From Candidatus Berkelbacteria bacterium (GTDB lineage: Bacteria; Patescibacteriota; UBA1384; 2-12-FULL-50-11), in the NCBI GenBank assembly GCA_016432625.1, contig CP066697.1:586561-650560 (forward strand): a DNA stretch of 64,000 bases. The letters are read 5' to 3'. A program made the position numbers and the translations under genes. The notes below the pieces were generated by a model. The model saw only the letters and a list, made by a program, of their open reading frames with translations, was not told the origin of the DNA and did not search any database. The number at the start of each line of letters is the position of its first letter. The stretch's first letter is position 1. Shown here piece after piece: positions 12,204 through 20,612 of the stretch.

Positions 12204-13290
12204 ATAGTTGTTCTACCAGCAAATCGTTCGCGGGAACAGCCTCAACAATAGCGCCGCCAAGTAATTTATCCTTATCGTAAAAGACGATGGACTGGCCAGG
12301 AGTCAGTGCTCGGACTGGTTCCTTGAATTTGACGCGGAGCTGCTCGCCTTTTTCTGCACTGACGGTAACCTCGACCGCTTCCTGGCGATATCTGACTCTA
12401 GCCTGACAACGTTTCGGCAGATCACTGGGCACGAGTAAATTCAGCCCTGCCGCGACGAGCTCATCGGAGTACGTTCGCTGATCTGGTCCAACGACAAGAC
12501 GGTTTGAGACCTTATCTTTTGCGACAACAAAAAGTGGTGGGACATCCCCGGTCCATTTAACAGAACCGCTGCCAAGACGCTGACCGATCGTATATAATCT
12601 CACTCCCTGATGTTCACCAATAACTCGGCCGTCCGCTAGAACCGCTACGCCTGGACTGGCTTTAATTCGGCTCTTCAAGAATTCACGGACCTTAAGCGGC
12701 CCAATAAAACAAATTCCCTGGCTATCTTTTTTCGCCGCCGTGGGCAACTTGAGACTTTTAGCGAGCTCGCGAACCTCTGCCTTAGTCTTGTCGCCTAGCG
12801 GAAAGAGTAATGACGGCAAAATTGAACGTTCAATACCCCAGAGAAAGTAAGTCTGATCCTTGGCCTTATCCTTGGGAATGCCAATTAACTCAGCTGAAAC
12901 TTTCTTAGCGTAGTGCCCAGTGGCGAGATAATCTGGCTCTAGTTGCCTTACGGCGCGCCACAAGGCCTTGAACTTTATTTCACGATTACATAGGACGTCC
13001 GGATTCGGTGTTACCCCTTGTTGGTAACCAGCGAAAAACCGCTCAATAACTTCGTGTTCGTACTCTTTAGTGAGATTAATCGTTAGAAAGTTGATATCCA
13101 GTTGCTTGGCAACGGCCTTGGCGTCGGCCTCTTCTTCTTGCCAAGTGCATGGGTACTCTGGCGTTCCAGTCCAACCCAAAATATAGACACCGACCACGTC
13201 GAACCCCTGCTCCTTGAGCAGTGCGGCGGCGACGGAAGAATCAACGCCGCCGGACATTAGCACTACGACACGCTGCGCTTTCGCCTTCAT
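12163..13290 (-). CDS. mnmA: tRNA-specific 2-thiouridylase
   Basis: SGGVDSSV, TPNPDVLCNREIKF, ATGHY, KDQTYFL, DSQGICF, TPGQS. Confidence 0.97.
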   Translation of the reverse strand: MKAKAQRVVVLMSGGVDSSVAAALLKEQGFDVVGVYILGWTGTPEYPCTWQEEEADAKAVAKQLDINFLTINLTKEYEHEVIERFFAGYQQGVTPNPDVLCNREIKFKALWRAVRQLEPDYLATGHYAKKVSAELIGIPKDKAKDQTYFLWGIERSILPSLLFPLGDKTKAEVRELAKSLKLPTAAKKDSQGICFIGPLKVREFLKSRIKASPGVAVLADGRVIGEHQGVRLYTIGQRLGSGSVKWTGDVPPLFVVAKDKVSNRLVVGPDQRTYSDELVAAGLNLLVPSDLPKRCQARVRYRQEAVEVTVSAEKGEQLRVKFKEPVRALTPGQSIVFYDKDKLLGGAIVEAVPANDLLVEQLYGEDDRPAASGTL

Positions 13291-13340
13291 CTCAAAAGAA
13301 TTGCCTGCATAAACATATCGGCAAGGATCTCAGATTGCAT
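13287..13340 (-). CDS. Candidate 17-aa upstream ORF (MQSEILADMFMQAILLR) coupled to mnmA
   Basis: ATG 9 nt after TAAAAT (TCGACT-17-TAAAAT); its TGA overlaps the mnmA ATG (ATGA). Confidence 0.35.
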   Translation of the reverse strand: MQSEILADMFMQAILLR

Positions 13341-13382
13341 AACGCCCATATTTTACGCTACCAAGACCCGAAAGTCGATTCG

Positions 13383-14357
13383 CTAGTCAGTGAAGTTCTG
13401 GGTGAACATTTTGCCGTAAATGCCGGCATCAATTATGCCGATGCCGATGGTGCCAAAATCTACTTCGAGGATGTTCGCACGATGACCCGGTGAACGCATC
13501 AACCCGTTATGTGCCAGATCAACTGTCGCCGCGTAGGCCAAGTTCTCGCCGGCTGTCTTGAAGACAATGCTATCCCGTTCCATGCGGTCAAATGGCGACA
13601 TTCCTTCAAGGTTTTCGTGAGAGAAGTACCCCTTCTCTAACATGTCGCTGGCGTGTTTACGAGCGGTCTCGGCCACCTTTTCACTCCACACTAGCTGCTT
13701 CAGGCCGACTTTAGCTCTCTCCTTATTAACCAGCACGAACATCTCCTGTTCGGCTTGTTTATCAACTGTGCCCTCTGAGTAGGTGAATTTTAATGTCACC
13801 CGTTCATCCGGCTGGATGATCTCCTCGGTTTGTGGCGGTACTGTCAGGAATGTCAGAGTATTTTTAATATCGCGACCGGTTATTTTGCTCAGATATTGCT
13901 GGATATTGCCGGATTGCGAGACAAAACGACTGCCAATCGCCGAGGTGTCAATGGCGGATTTTAATTTCGCCGGCACCGGCAAGGCGACGACAAGCGTTAG
14001 TAAGACCGAGATGAAAATAAACGCTTTGAATAGCGCTGGGACGGTACCGGCCAGGCGATTCGGAGCTGTGGCGCGGTATTTCTCTGGAATAAGCGGGTAA
14101 AGAACCTGCAGAATGAATGAGTAGACAACCTGATATATGACCCAGAGTAGTAGGAAGGCGATCGGCTGGGCACCAAACCCTTCGATACCAGTGTTATTCG
14201 TTAGCCAGACAGCAAACGGCTTATAGCTTATAAACGCAAAGAAGATGGTGATAAAAAAGCCGAGTAGCTCTAGCGTCTGTTCGATGAAGCCGCGCCGTAA
14301 CCCTTCGACTGTGTAGAAGACAAAAACACCAAGAATAACTAAGTCTACCCAGTTCAT
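13383..14357 (-). CDS. CvpA (colicin V production) domain fused to CAP/SCP domain
   Basis: MNWVDLVIL...GLRRGF (CvpA); C-terminal LVNKER..GL, HASDM..GYFSH, AGENLA, SPGHRANIL (CAP). Confidence 0.88.
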   Translation of the reverse strand: MNWVDLVILGVFVFYTVEGLRRGFIEQTLELLGFFITIFFAFISYKPFAVWLTNNTGIEGFGAQPIAFLLLWVIYQVVYSFILQVLYPLIPEKYRATAPNRLAGTVPALFKAFIFISVLLTLVVALPVPAKLKSAIDTSAIGSRFVSQSGNIQQYLSKITGRDIKNTLTFLTVPPQTEEIIQPDERVTLKFTYSEGTVDKQAEQEMFVLVNKERAKVGLKQLVWSEKVAETARKHASDMLEKGYFSHENLEGMSPFDRMERDSIVFKTAGENLAYAATVDLAHNGLMRSPGHRANILEVDFGTIGIGIIDAGIYGKMFTQNFTD

Positions 14358-15130
14358 CCTATATTAAATAATTGTTGCGCGTTCTTCGTTGTCTGTTCAA
14401 GAACGCTTTCCAGACTGACTGAACGGACTGCGGAGAGCGTTTCCGCGACAGTAACCACGTTCCTCGGATCATTCCGTTTGCCACGGCTCTCCTGCGGGCT
14501 AAGAAATGGCGCGTCAGTCTCGAGCATTAATTTTTCTAGCGGAATTTTTGACACCGTTTGTCGTAATTCATCGTTACCTGGGTAAGTGATAATCGCCGTC
14601 AGTGACAGTGACAGGCCCTGATCCAGAAACGCCTGCGCTTGCTCGAGCGTCCCGCTGAAACAGTGGATCACCGCGGTTAACCCTGGGTAGTCGTCAATAA
14701 TTGTCTTCAGATCGCCATAAGCGTCGCGGCAGTGAAAGATTACTGGCAGCTTTTGCTCCAGCGCGAAAGTCAGCATGGTTCGTAGCGCTGTTTTCTGAGT
14801 CGAAGCACTCTTGGCGCCGTGATAGTAATCAAGCCCTATCTCCCCAACAGCAACCAGCTTATCGTTAAGGTTAAATAGCTCTCGCCACCCATCAATAAGT
14901 CCAGGCAGCTGCGGGAGTAGCTCTTCAGTAATTTCAGTAGGGTGCAGCCCTAGCGCTCCCCAGACCATAGGGTTATCGCGGCTCAGTTTATCGATTTTTG
15001 CGATCGAATCTCTGTCGGTTGCCGGGTTGATCACCGCAATCTCTTGAGCGGCAAGCTCTTCGATGAGGCCATCCCGGTCCGGATCAAAATCCGGAAAATC
15101 GAGATGGGCGTGAGTGTCAATTACTCTCAT
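14354..15130 (-). CDS. tatD: TatD family hydrolase/DNase
   Basis: IDTHAHL, GLHP, GEIGLDY, HCR, HCFSG, LETDAPF. Confidence 0.96.
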   Translation of the reverse strand: MRVIDTHAHLDFPDFDPDRDGLIEELAAQEIAVINPATDRDSIAKIDKLSRDNPMVWGALGLHPTEITEELLPQLPGLIDGWRELFNLNDKLVAVGEIGLDYYHGAKSASTQKTALRTMLTFALEQKLPVIFHCRDAYGDLKTIIDDYPGLTAVIHCFSGTLEQAQAFLDQGLSLSLTAIITYPGNDELRQTVSKIPLEKLMLETDAPFLSPQESRGKRNDPRNVVTVAETLSAVRSVSLESVLEQTTKNAQQLFNIG

Positions 15131-15976
15131 TTAGTTAAACGCTAGAACCGTTGCCCAACTTACGGCGCCAAGAATAACAAGCGAGGCAATCACCACCCTA
15201 ACACGAATCCGTTCATGGAGAATCTCCCAAGAGCCGAAGAAAACTACCAACGGTGAAATAATGGCGATCAGGGTTGCGTGGATGACCCCAATAGTACTGA
15301 AAGCGTAAAGCCGGGTGAGCATCGATACTGCACCGAATAAAGCGCTGGATGCGATAAACCACCAGTGTTTATTAGTAACCTGTTTATAGCGAGGGGCGTA
15401 ATAGAGCCAGAAGAAAACGGCTAGGATTAAGGTTCTGACAGCGTAGAGCGCCACAGGGGAGTAAGAGTAAAGAAGCTCGCGAAAGATAATACTTTCGGCA
15501 GACATAAGTATCACTCCGAGAAATAAATTATAGCCTTGCTGATCTAATAAAAAGTGAGCTTTCTCGCTACGAGCAAAAAACAACGCCACGCTTGCCACCA
15601 AGGCGAGCATAAAGATTCGCATGTCCCGTTCCTCAGGGAAGAATACGGCCGCTAAGATAATGGTCACCAGCGGCGCTAGCATCGTAATCATCTCGTGCTC
15701 GTAAATTCGTTCTTTTTGCACGCTCTGGTAGAAGAGAACGTTCCAGGAGATGCCCAAGACGATCATCATAAATAAAAGAAAGAGCGAGTTCGGTAGCAGG
15801 GCGATTGCCCACTCAACGCGGCCAAGTGTCGGAACGAGTAAAAGCGTGAACGCAAAAAGGAACACGAAAACTAGCGGCAGATAGACCCGAAGCGCCATTC
15901 GCTCACGGGAAAGTGTGATCTTGTCAATAATTAGGGATACAGACGCAGCAAGCGCCGAAACTAGTGCTGCAAACAT
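15131..15976 (-). CDS. EamA/DMT family transporter
   Basis: About 10 TM helices in two repeats (FFPEE.../ILHERI); 281 aa. Confidence 0.75.
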   Translation of the reverse strand: MFAALVSALAASVSLIIDKITLSRERMALRVYLPLVFVFLFAFTLLLVPTLGRVEWAIALLPNSLFLLFMMIVLGISWNVLFYQSVQKERIYEHEMITMLAPLVTIILAAVFFPEERDMRIFMLALVASVALFFARSEKAHFLLDQQGYNLFLGVILMSAESIIFRELLYSYSPVALYAVRTLILAVFFWLYYAPRYKQVTNKHWWFIASSALFGAVSMLTRLYAFSTIGVIHATLIAIISPLVVFFGSWEILHERIRVRVVIASLVILGAVSWATVLAFN

Positions 15977-16013
15977 ACTTACATAGTGCGGTCTGCTAAG
16001 GGCTTTTGCAACG

Positions 16014-17387
16014 TCAATTCAGGCGCGGGAAAAGTGGTTTCACTTCAAGTTCTTGAAGCTGTATCCTTATCTTGTCACAAGTAGCCGGAACGAATGGCTC
16101 AAGAGTGCGGGTAATAATTAATAAATTATGGATCGCCACTTCAAGTAGATGTCGCTTGCCTTTCAGATCGACCCAAAGCTTATTATCCGTGATAAGCCGA
16201 TCAGTTTCTTTAATAAGACCGTTAACTCGCTCGAGTTCCTCTCTGAAATCTAAGTCACCAGTCTGATCAAGACGCGTGGCTTGCGAATCTGTTTTTAAGC
16301 CAAAATTGCGCGCTAAGCCGACAACTCGCGCTACCAAGTTGCCCAACCCATTAGCAAGCTCGCCGTTGTAGATCGCGTCGAACTCGCTCCAGACAAAATT
16401 GGAATCGTCATAGAAGTTTAGTTGACGCAGTAGTAAATACCGCGTTCCGTCCACCCCGTAACGCTCAAGTAGCTGTGAAGGTAAAACGACGTTTCCAAGT
16501 GATTTGGACATCTTTTTGCCGTCGACATTAATAAACCCATGGACTAACAACTTTTTTGGGAGCTCATAGCCCGTCACAATTAGCAGGGCCGGCCAGATGA
16601 TGGCATGAAACTTCAGAATATCTTTGCCGACAAGCTGGAAGTCCGCCGGCCAAAGCTTGTCTTTACCATTGATATGCAGCGCCGAAATATAGTTAAAGAG
16701 GGCGTCAACCCAGACGTACATAACCTGTTCAGGTTCGCCTGGAACTTCAATTCCCCAAGGATTTTTTGCTTTCGGCCTTGAGACACTAACGGCGTCGTAG
16801 GCGCCGGAACTTAGTACGTTGAGCACTTCGCTTCGTCTCGTCCCGGGGAAAACACTGGCCTCAATCCAGTTTTTGATTCGTTGCTTTATTTCATCGCTAA
16901 GAATTAAGAACCAGTTCTCCTCTTCCACCTCTTCAAGTGCTGTCTCGTGAATGGCGCACTTACCATTATTGACGTCTGCGGCTGTCTTGAAAGCCTCGCA
17001 ACCAGTGCAATAGAGCCCTTTGTAGGTTCGTTTTTCCAGTACTCCGGCTTTTTGCAATTGCAGCCATTTCTCGGTCACAAATGCTTGGTGTTTTGGATTT
17101 GTGGTACGAACGAAGTAGTCAAAATCTAGGTTGAATTGCCTTTTAAGTTTGGCGAATTCTTCTGAAACATCGTCAGCGTATTGCTGCGGCTCTTGTTTCT
17201 TATCGCGAGCGGCGGCGGCGACCTTATTGCCATGCTCGTCAGTCCCAGTAACGAAAAAAACTTCCTCGCCTTTGAGTTTAGCGTAACGAGCAATCACGTC
17301 AGCGCTTAAGAGCTCGAACAGGAAACCGATATGCGGCGACGCATTTATGTAAGCGATTGAGGTTGTTATATAGGTTGGCTTTTTCAC
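16014..17387 (-). CDS. metG: Methionine--tRNA ligase (short form)
   Basis: [45 protein letters not shown]. Confidence 0.97.
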   Translation of the reverse strand: MKKPTYITTSIAYINASPHIGFLFELLSADVIARYAKLKGEEVFFVTGTDEHGNKVAAAARDKKQEPQQYADDVSEEFAKLKRQFNLDFDYFVRTTNPKHQAFVTEKWLQLQKAGVLEKRTYKGLYCTGCEAFKTAADVNNGKCAIHETALEEVEEENWFLILSDEIKQRIKNWIEASVFPGTRRSEVLNVLSSGAYDAVSVSRPKAKNPWGIEVPGEPEQVMYVWVDALFNYISALHINGKDKLWPADFQLVGKDILKFHAIIWPALLIVTGYELPKKLLVHGFINVDGKKMSKSLGNVVLPSQLLERYGVDGTRYLLLRQLNFYDDSNFVWSEFDAIYNGELANGLGNLVARVVGLARNFGLKTDSQATRLDQTGDLDFREELERVNGLIKETDRLITDNKLWVDLKGKRHLLEVAIHNLLIITRTLEPFVPATCDKIRIQLQELEVKPLFPRLN

Positions 17388-17421
17388 GACTGTATTATAC
17401 CTGAAGGGTAGGGCGTTAAGA

Positions 17422-17482
17422 GGCCGCCCTGAAGAGCAGTTAGGGCGGCCCCGGACCGTTTTGGCCCCGTAGCGCAGGGCCA
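17422..17482. other. Two GC-rich hairpins in the rsmI-metG intergenic region
   Basis: ggccgccct/agggcggcc (17422-17450) and tggccc/gggcca (17462-17482). Confidence 0.6.
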
Positions 17483-17539
17483 GACAAAAGATGTTGTTAG
17501 CTTAAAGCTACGCCTAGGCAATGCGCAGAGTCAACTAAC

Positions 17540-18187
17540 TCACAGTTTAACGATGACAAACTCGCCTTTAGGGGTAGCGAAATGGGTTGATAGTTCTTCC
17601 GGTGTCCCGCTGGCTATCTCTTCGAATTGCTTGGTCAGTTCCCTACCGACTAAAAACCACTGCGAACCGCCACCCAATTCCTTAACCTGAGTAAAAAACT
17701 TCTGCAAACGCGGCGCCGTCTCGAAAAAGACCACTGGGAGCTTGGCAACAAGCAACTCTTTAATGAAAGTCTCGCGGCCCTTCTTGGTAGGAACATAGCC
17801 CCAAAACTGATAGGCGTTCGCGTAGATACCCGCCACTGACAAGATGGCTGTCACTGATGAGGCGCCTGGGATAGGTACTACCTCGACGGCGGCTTGGCGG
17901 GCGGCCGCAACTAATTTACCCGCCGGGTCTGCTATCCCTGGTGTTCCGGCGTCGCTTAGATAAGCAAGATTCTTGCCCGCCTTAAGCTCTTTTACTATCG
18001 AGGGAATTTTGTAATCGGAGTGGTGGTGGTAACTTTCAAGGGGTTTGACGATGTGATAATGCTCCAAGAGGATTTTTGTTCGCCTGGTGTCTTCGCAGTA
18101 GATTTTCTCGACAGTTTGAAGCGTTTCTACGGCTCGGAAAGTAATGTCCTTCAAGTTCCCAATTGGTGAAGAAACGATATATAGCAT
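17540..18187 (-). CDS. rsmI: 16S rRNA (C1402-2'-O)-methyltransferase
   Basis: MLYIVSSPIGNLKDIT, CEDTRRT, SDAGTPGIADP, RELTKQFEE; ATG at 18187. Confidence 0.96.
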   Translation of the reverse strand: MLYIVSSPIGNLKDITFRAVETLQTVEKIYCEDTRRTKILLEHYHIVKPLESYHHHSDYKIPSIVKELKAGKNLAYLSDAGTPGIADPAGKLVAAARQAAVEVVPIPGASSVTAILSVAGIYANAYQFWGYVPTKKGRETFIKELLVAKLPVVFFETAPRLQKFFTQVKELGGGSQWFLVGRELTKQFEEIASGTPEELSTHFATPKGEFVIVKL

Positions 18188-18188
18188 T

Positions 18189-18989
18189 TTATTTACCAAT
18201 CTTTTTAGTTAAGGCCTGCCAGTGCTCAAAGGACAACTCTTGCGCCCTAGCGAGCGGCGATAAGCCCTGACCTTCAAGGAAACTAGCAACCTTTAGTTTT
18301 GGAGTTTTGAGGTCTTTATTCAGGGCGTTGGCCAGGGTTTGGCGCTTATGACGAAAACCAGCCTCCACTGCCGGCCAGAAAATTAGATCCATTTTGCTTT
18401 CCTCATAGGGCTCAAGCTTAATAACTGACGAAGTTACCCTTGGGCGTGGGTAGAAACTACCAGCCGGAACCTTTCTGACGATCGTCGCCTTGGCAGATGC
18501 TTCGGTTAAAATCGTCAAAAATCCACGGTCGGACTTTCCCTCCTGGGCAGTAATACGCTCCGCCAGCTCTTTTTGCACCAATAAGACCACGAGTTCGGGC
18601 TTTTTCTCGAGAAGAAAGATTTTTCGCAGCAACGGCGAAGTAATTGAATACGGAATGTTGGCGACGATTTTATACGCGCCTTCCAGGTCGATTGTCCAGT
18701 CAATTTTTAGCGCGTCGCCAGCTACCACCGTCAGTTTACGAGCCTTTTTGAGTCGCAGGTAATGAGCGAACTCATGGTCAGCCTCAATCGCAATTACTCG
18801 TTTAACTACCTGGGTGAGCGGCCAGGTTAGGCTGCCCAACCCTGGGCCAATTTCGACCACAACGTCGTCGCCGCCAAGCTCCGCGGCGTCGAGAATGTCG
18901 ACAATAGCCGCGTTATCAACCAAGAAGTTCTGTCCTAGAAGTTTGTTCGGAAACTTTTTTAGCTCACGTAAGATATTAGCTGGGCTCAT
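18189..18989 (-). CDS. rsmA: 16S rRNA dimethyladenosine transferase KsgA
   Basis: LGQNFL, VEIGPGLG, VANIPYSIT, VQKE, F.PRPRV.S. Confidence 0.96.
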   Translation of the reverse strand: MSPANILRELKKFPNKLLGQNFLVDNAAIVDILDAAELGGDDVVVEIGPGLGSLTWPLTQVVKRVIAIEADHEFAHYLRLKKARKLTVVAGDALKIDWTIDLEGAYKIVANIPYSITSPLLRKIFLLEKKPELVVLLVQKELAERITAQEGKSDRGFLTILTEASAKATIVRKVPAGSFYPRPRVTSSVIKLEPYEESKMDLIFWPAVEAGFRHKRQTLANALNKDLKTPKLKVASFLEGQGLSPLARAQELSFEHWQALTKKIGK

Positions 18990-19030
18990 TTGCCGCTAAT
19001 TTTACTCCAATATTGGTTGAAAGTTTAGTC

Positions 19031-19990
19031 TTATGGCCAGCGACCACGGTAACCGTGCGCCCAGGCCCAGGCCGTGACGTACACTTGGTTTTTAGCGTCC
19101 CAGATACTTGCGCCCCCGTAACCTGCCTTGGCCGAGACGGAATTCCAGAAGTTCGGGTCGTATTGATACAGCCCTAAATATTTGCCGCCAGCGCCGACTG
19201 AGCTAGGATTGCCGTTACTCTCCGCCATCATCCGGTTACAGAGCTCGTTAGCGTCAACCTTGTTTTTGATTGCGGCGTCTAGAACCAGGTCGTTATATTT
19301 ACAGCGAACTGTAATAACTGGTTTCGTACCGACGAGCTGTAGCTCATCCTCTGGCTGCTTAACGATTTCAGTGGAAGTGAGAACCCTGGAAACCTCAACC
19401 CCATCCTCGCGCCGCACCTGATAGTGAAGCGCTTTCTGACCCTTCACTCCGGCTCGAGAAACTTTGGTTGTGCCTTTATTTAGCGTTGCGTCGTCCTTCT
19501 TAAAAATCTTGAACGCAATCGCATCTTTCTCGGTGACGTTAGTGATAGCAACGCGGGTAATAGTGATTTTAGTATTTGGACTTAACTTAGTTTCAAGATT
19601 CGGGGCGATTAGATCGTCAGAACCTAGCTCGATATTTTTTTCTTTCAGCAAGGCGCCGACTGTATCTTGCCAAGTTCGCAATAAATCTTGTCGTTTGCCG
19701 TCCTGCAACGATACTGGCATCGCTCGGTTGACGGTTATTACCGTCCCTAGCCCAAGCTCGGGGTCGGGAAAGGCAACAACCTTATCCTCGGGATAGTAAG
19801 CCACTCCGGCCTGGGCGAATGCCTGAGCGAGATTTCGTGCCGAGCTGTTGGCAGAGAATATTTCTTCCGGATGATTATTGTCGTCAGCCGCTTCTACTTT
19901 CTGAGCTTTCGGTGGGTGTTCACCGAAGAAAAGTCCGCCAAGGGCAAGCAAAATAACCGTCGCGATTAGTGGGAAGCCCACTTTTTTCAT
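19031..19990 (-). CDS. Secreted DUF348/G5 domain protein with lysozyme-like transglycosylase (YabE/RpfB-like)
   Basis: Signal/TM; TVGALLKEKNIELGSDD (DUF348); G5 (GVKG...EDGVEVSR...VGTK); AESNGN...GLYQY. Confidence 0.85.
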   Translation of the reverse strand: MKKVGFPLIATVILLALGGLFFGEHPPKAQKVEAADDNNHPEEIFSANSSARNLAQAFAQAGVAYYPEDKVVAFPDPELGLGTVITVNRAMPVSLQDGKRQDLLRTWQDTVGALLKEKNIELGSDDLIAPNLETKLSPNTKITITRVAITNVTEKDAIAFKIFKKDDATLNKGTTKVSRAGVKGQKALHYQVRREDGVEVSRVLTSTEIVKQPEDELQLVGTKPVITVRCKYNDLVLDAAIKNKVDANELCNRMMAESNGNPSSVGAGGKYLGLYQYDPNFWNSVSAKAGYGGASIWDAKNQVYVTAWAWAHGYRGRWP

Positions 19991-20036
19991 GTGGTTCCTA
20001 CACTAGCTCTCGGCCCCGAAAAGTCAAGCTAGTTAC

Positions 20037-20516
20037 CTAGAACAGTTTATAACGGAAGTTGAAGATAGTGAGCGCCAAAAATACTGTGTCCACCCAAGCC
20101 ATCACTTGCTGCGTTGGCTCTAGGGTTGCGCCGATACACCACAAGACAAGCGGCAGCGCTTGAGGTAAAAGCAGCGGTAAGGTTTTAAGGAAACTCGTCA
20201 GCTGTACCCGTTTTTTCCACTTAGCATAGTACCCTTCCCACCCACCGGCAGGCTCTTTTGAGGCCAAGTATGACGCAACGGCCTCCATAGTCATCTGGTT
20301 GGCCTGGTAATTAAAAGTTAGGCTTGCAAAGATTATGGGCAGCATAAGCAGGAACCAAATAAGCGTTGAGCTTGAGCTGAATTCGTAGAGGAAAAATCCG
20401 GCGATAACAAACGCTGCCGCAAGACAGGTCGCGGAGTTGATGAGCGAGTGTAGCCCTTTGACGCGTTCTGAGATTTCTTGTCTTAAGTTGGTAAATTCGG
20501 CCGTTTCCTTGTCCAT
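20037..20516 (-). CDS. Hypothetical membrane protein (about 4 TM)
   Basis: 159-aa ORF with hydrophobic helices; TATTAT box just upstream. Confidence 0.65.
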   Translation of the reverse strand: MDKETAEFTNLRQEISERVKGLHSLINSATCLAAAFVIAGFFLYEFSSSSTLIWFLLMLPIIFASLTFNYQANQMTMEAVASYLASKEPAGGWEGYYAKWKKRVQLTSFLKTLPLLLPQALPLVLWCIGATLEPTQQVMAWVDTVFLALTIFNFRYKLF

Positions 20517-20612
20517 ACCGGGCTAATAATAGCACTTTGAACCCGTAGAGTCTCCTGCTTCGGCGAGTTGCCTAATGTAGCCCTCCCTCGGACAACCCCA
20601 AGAAATTCGGGA

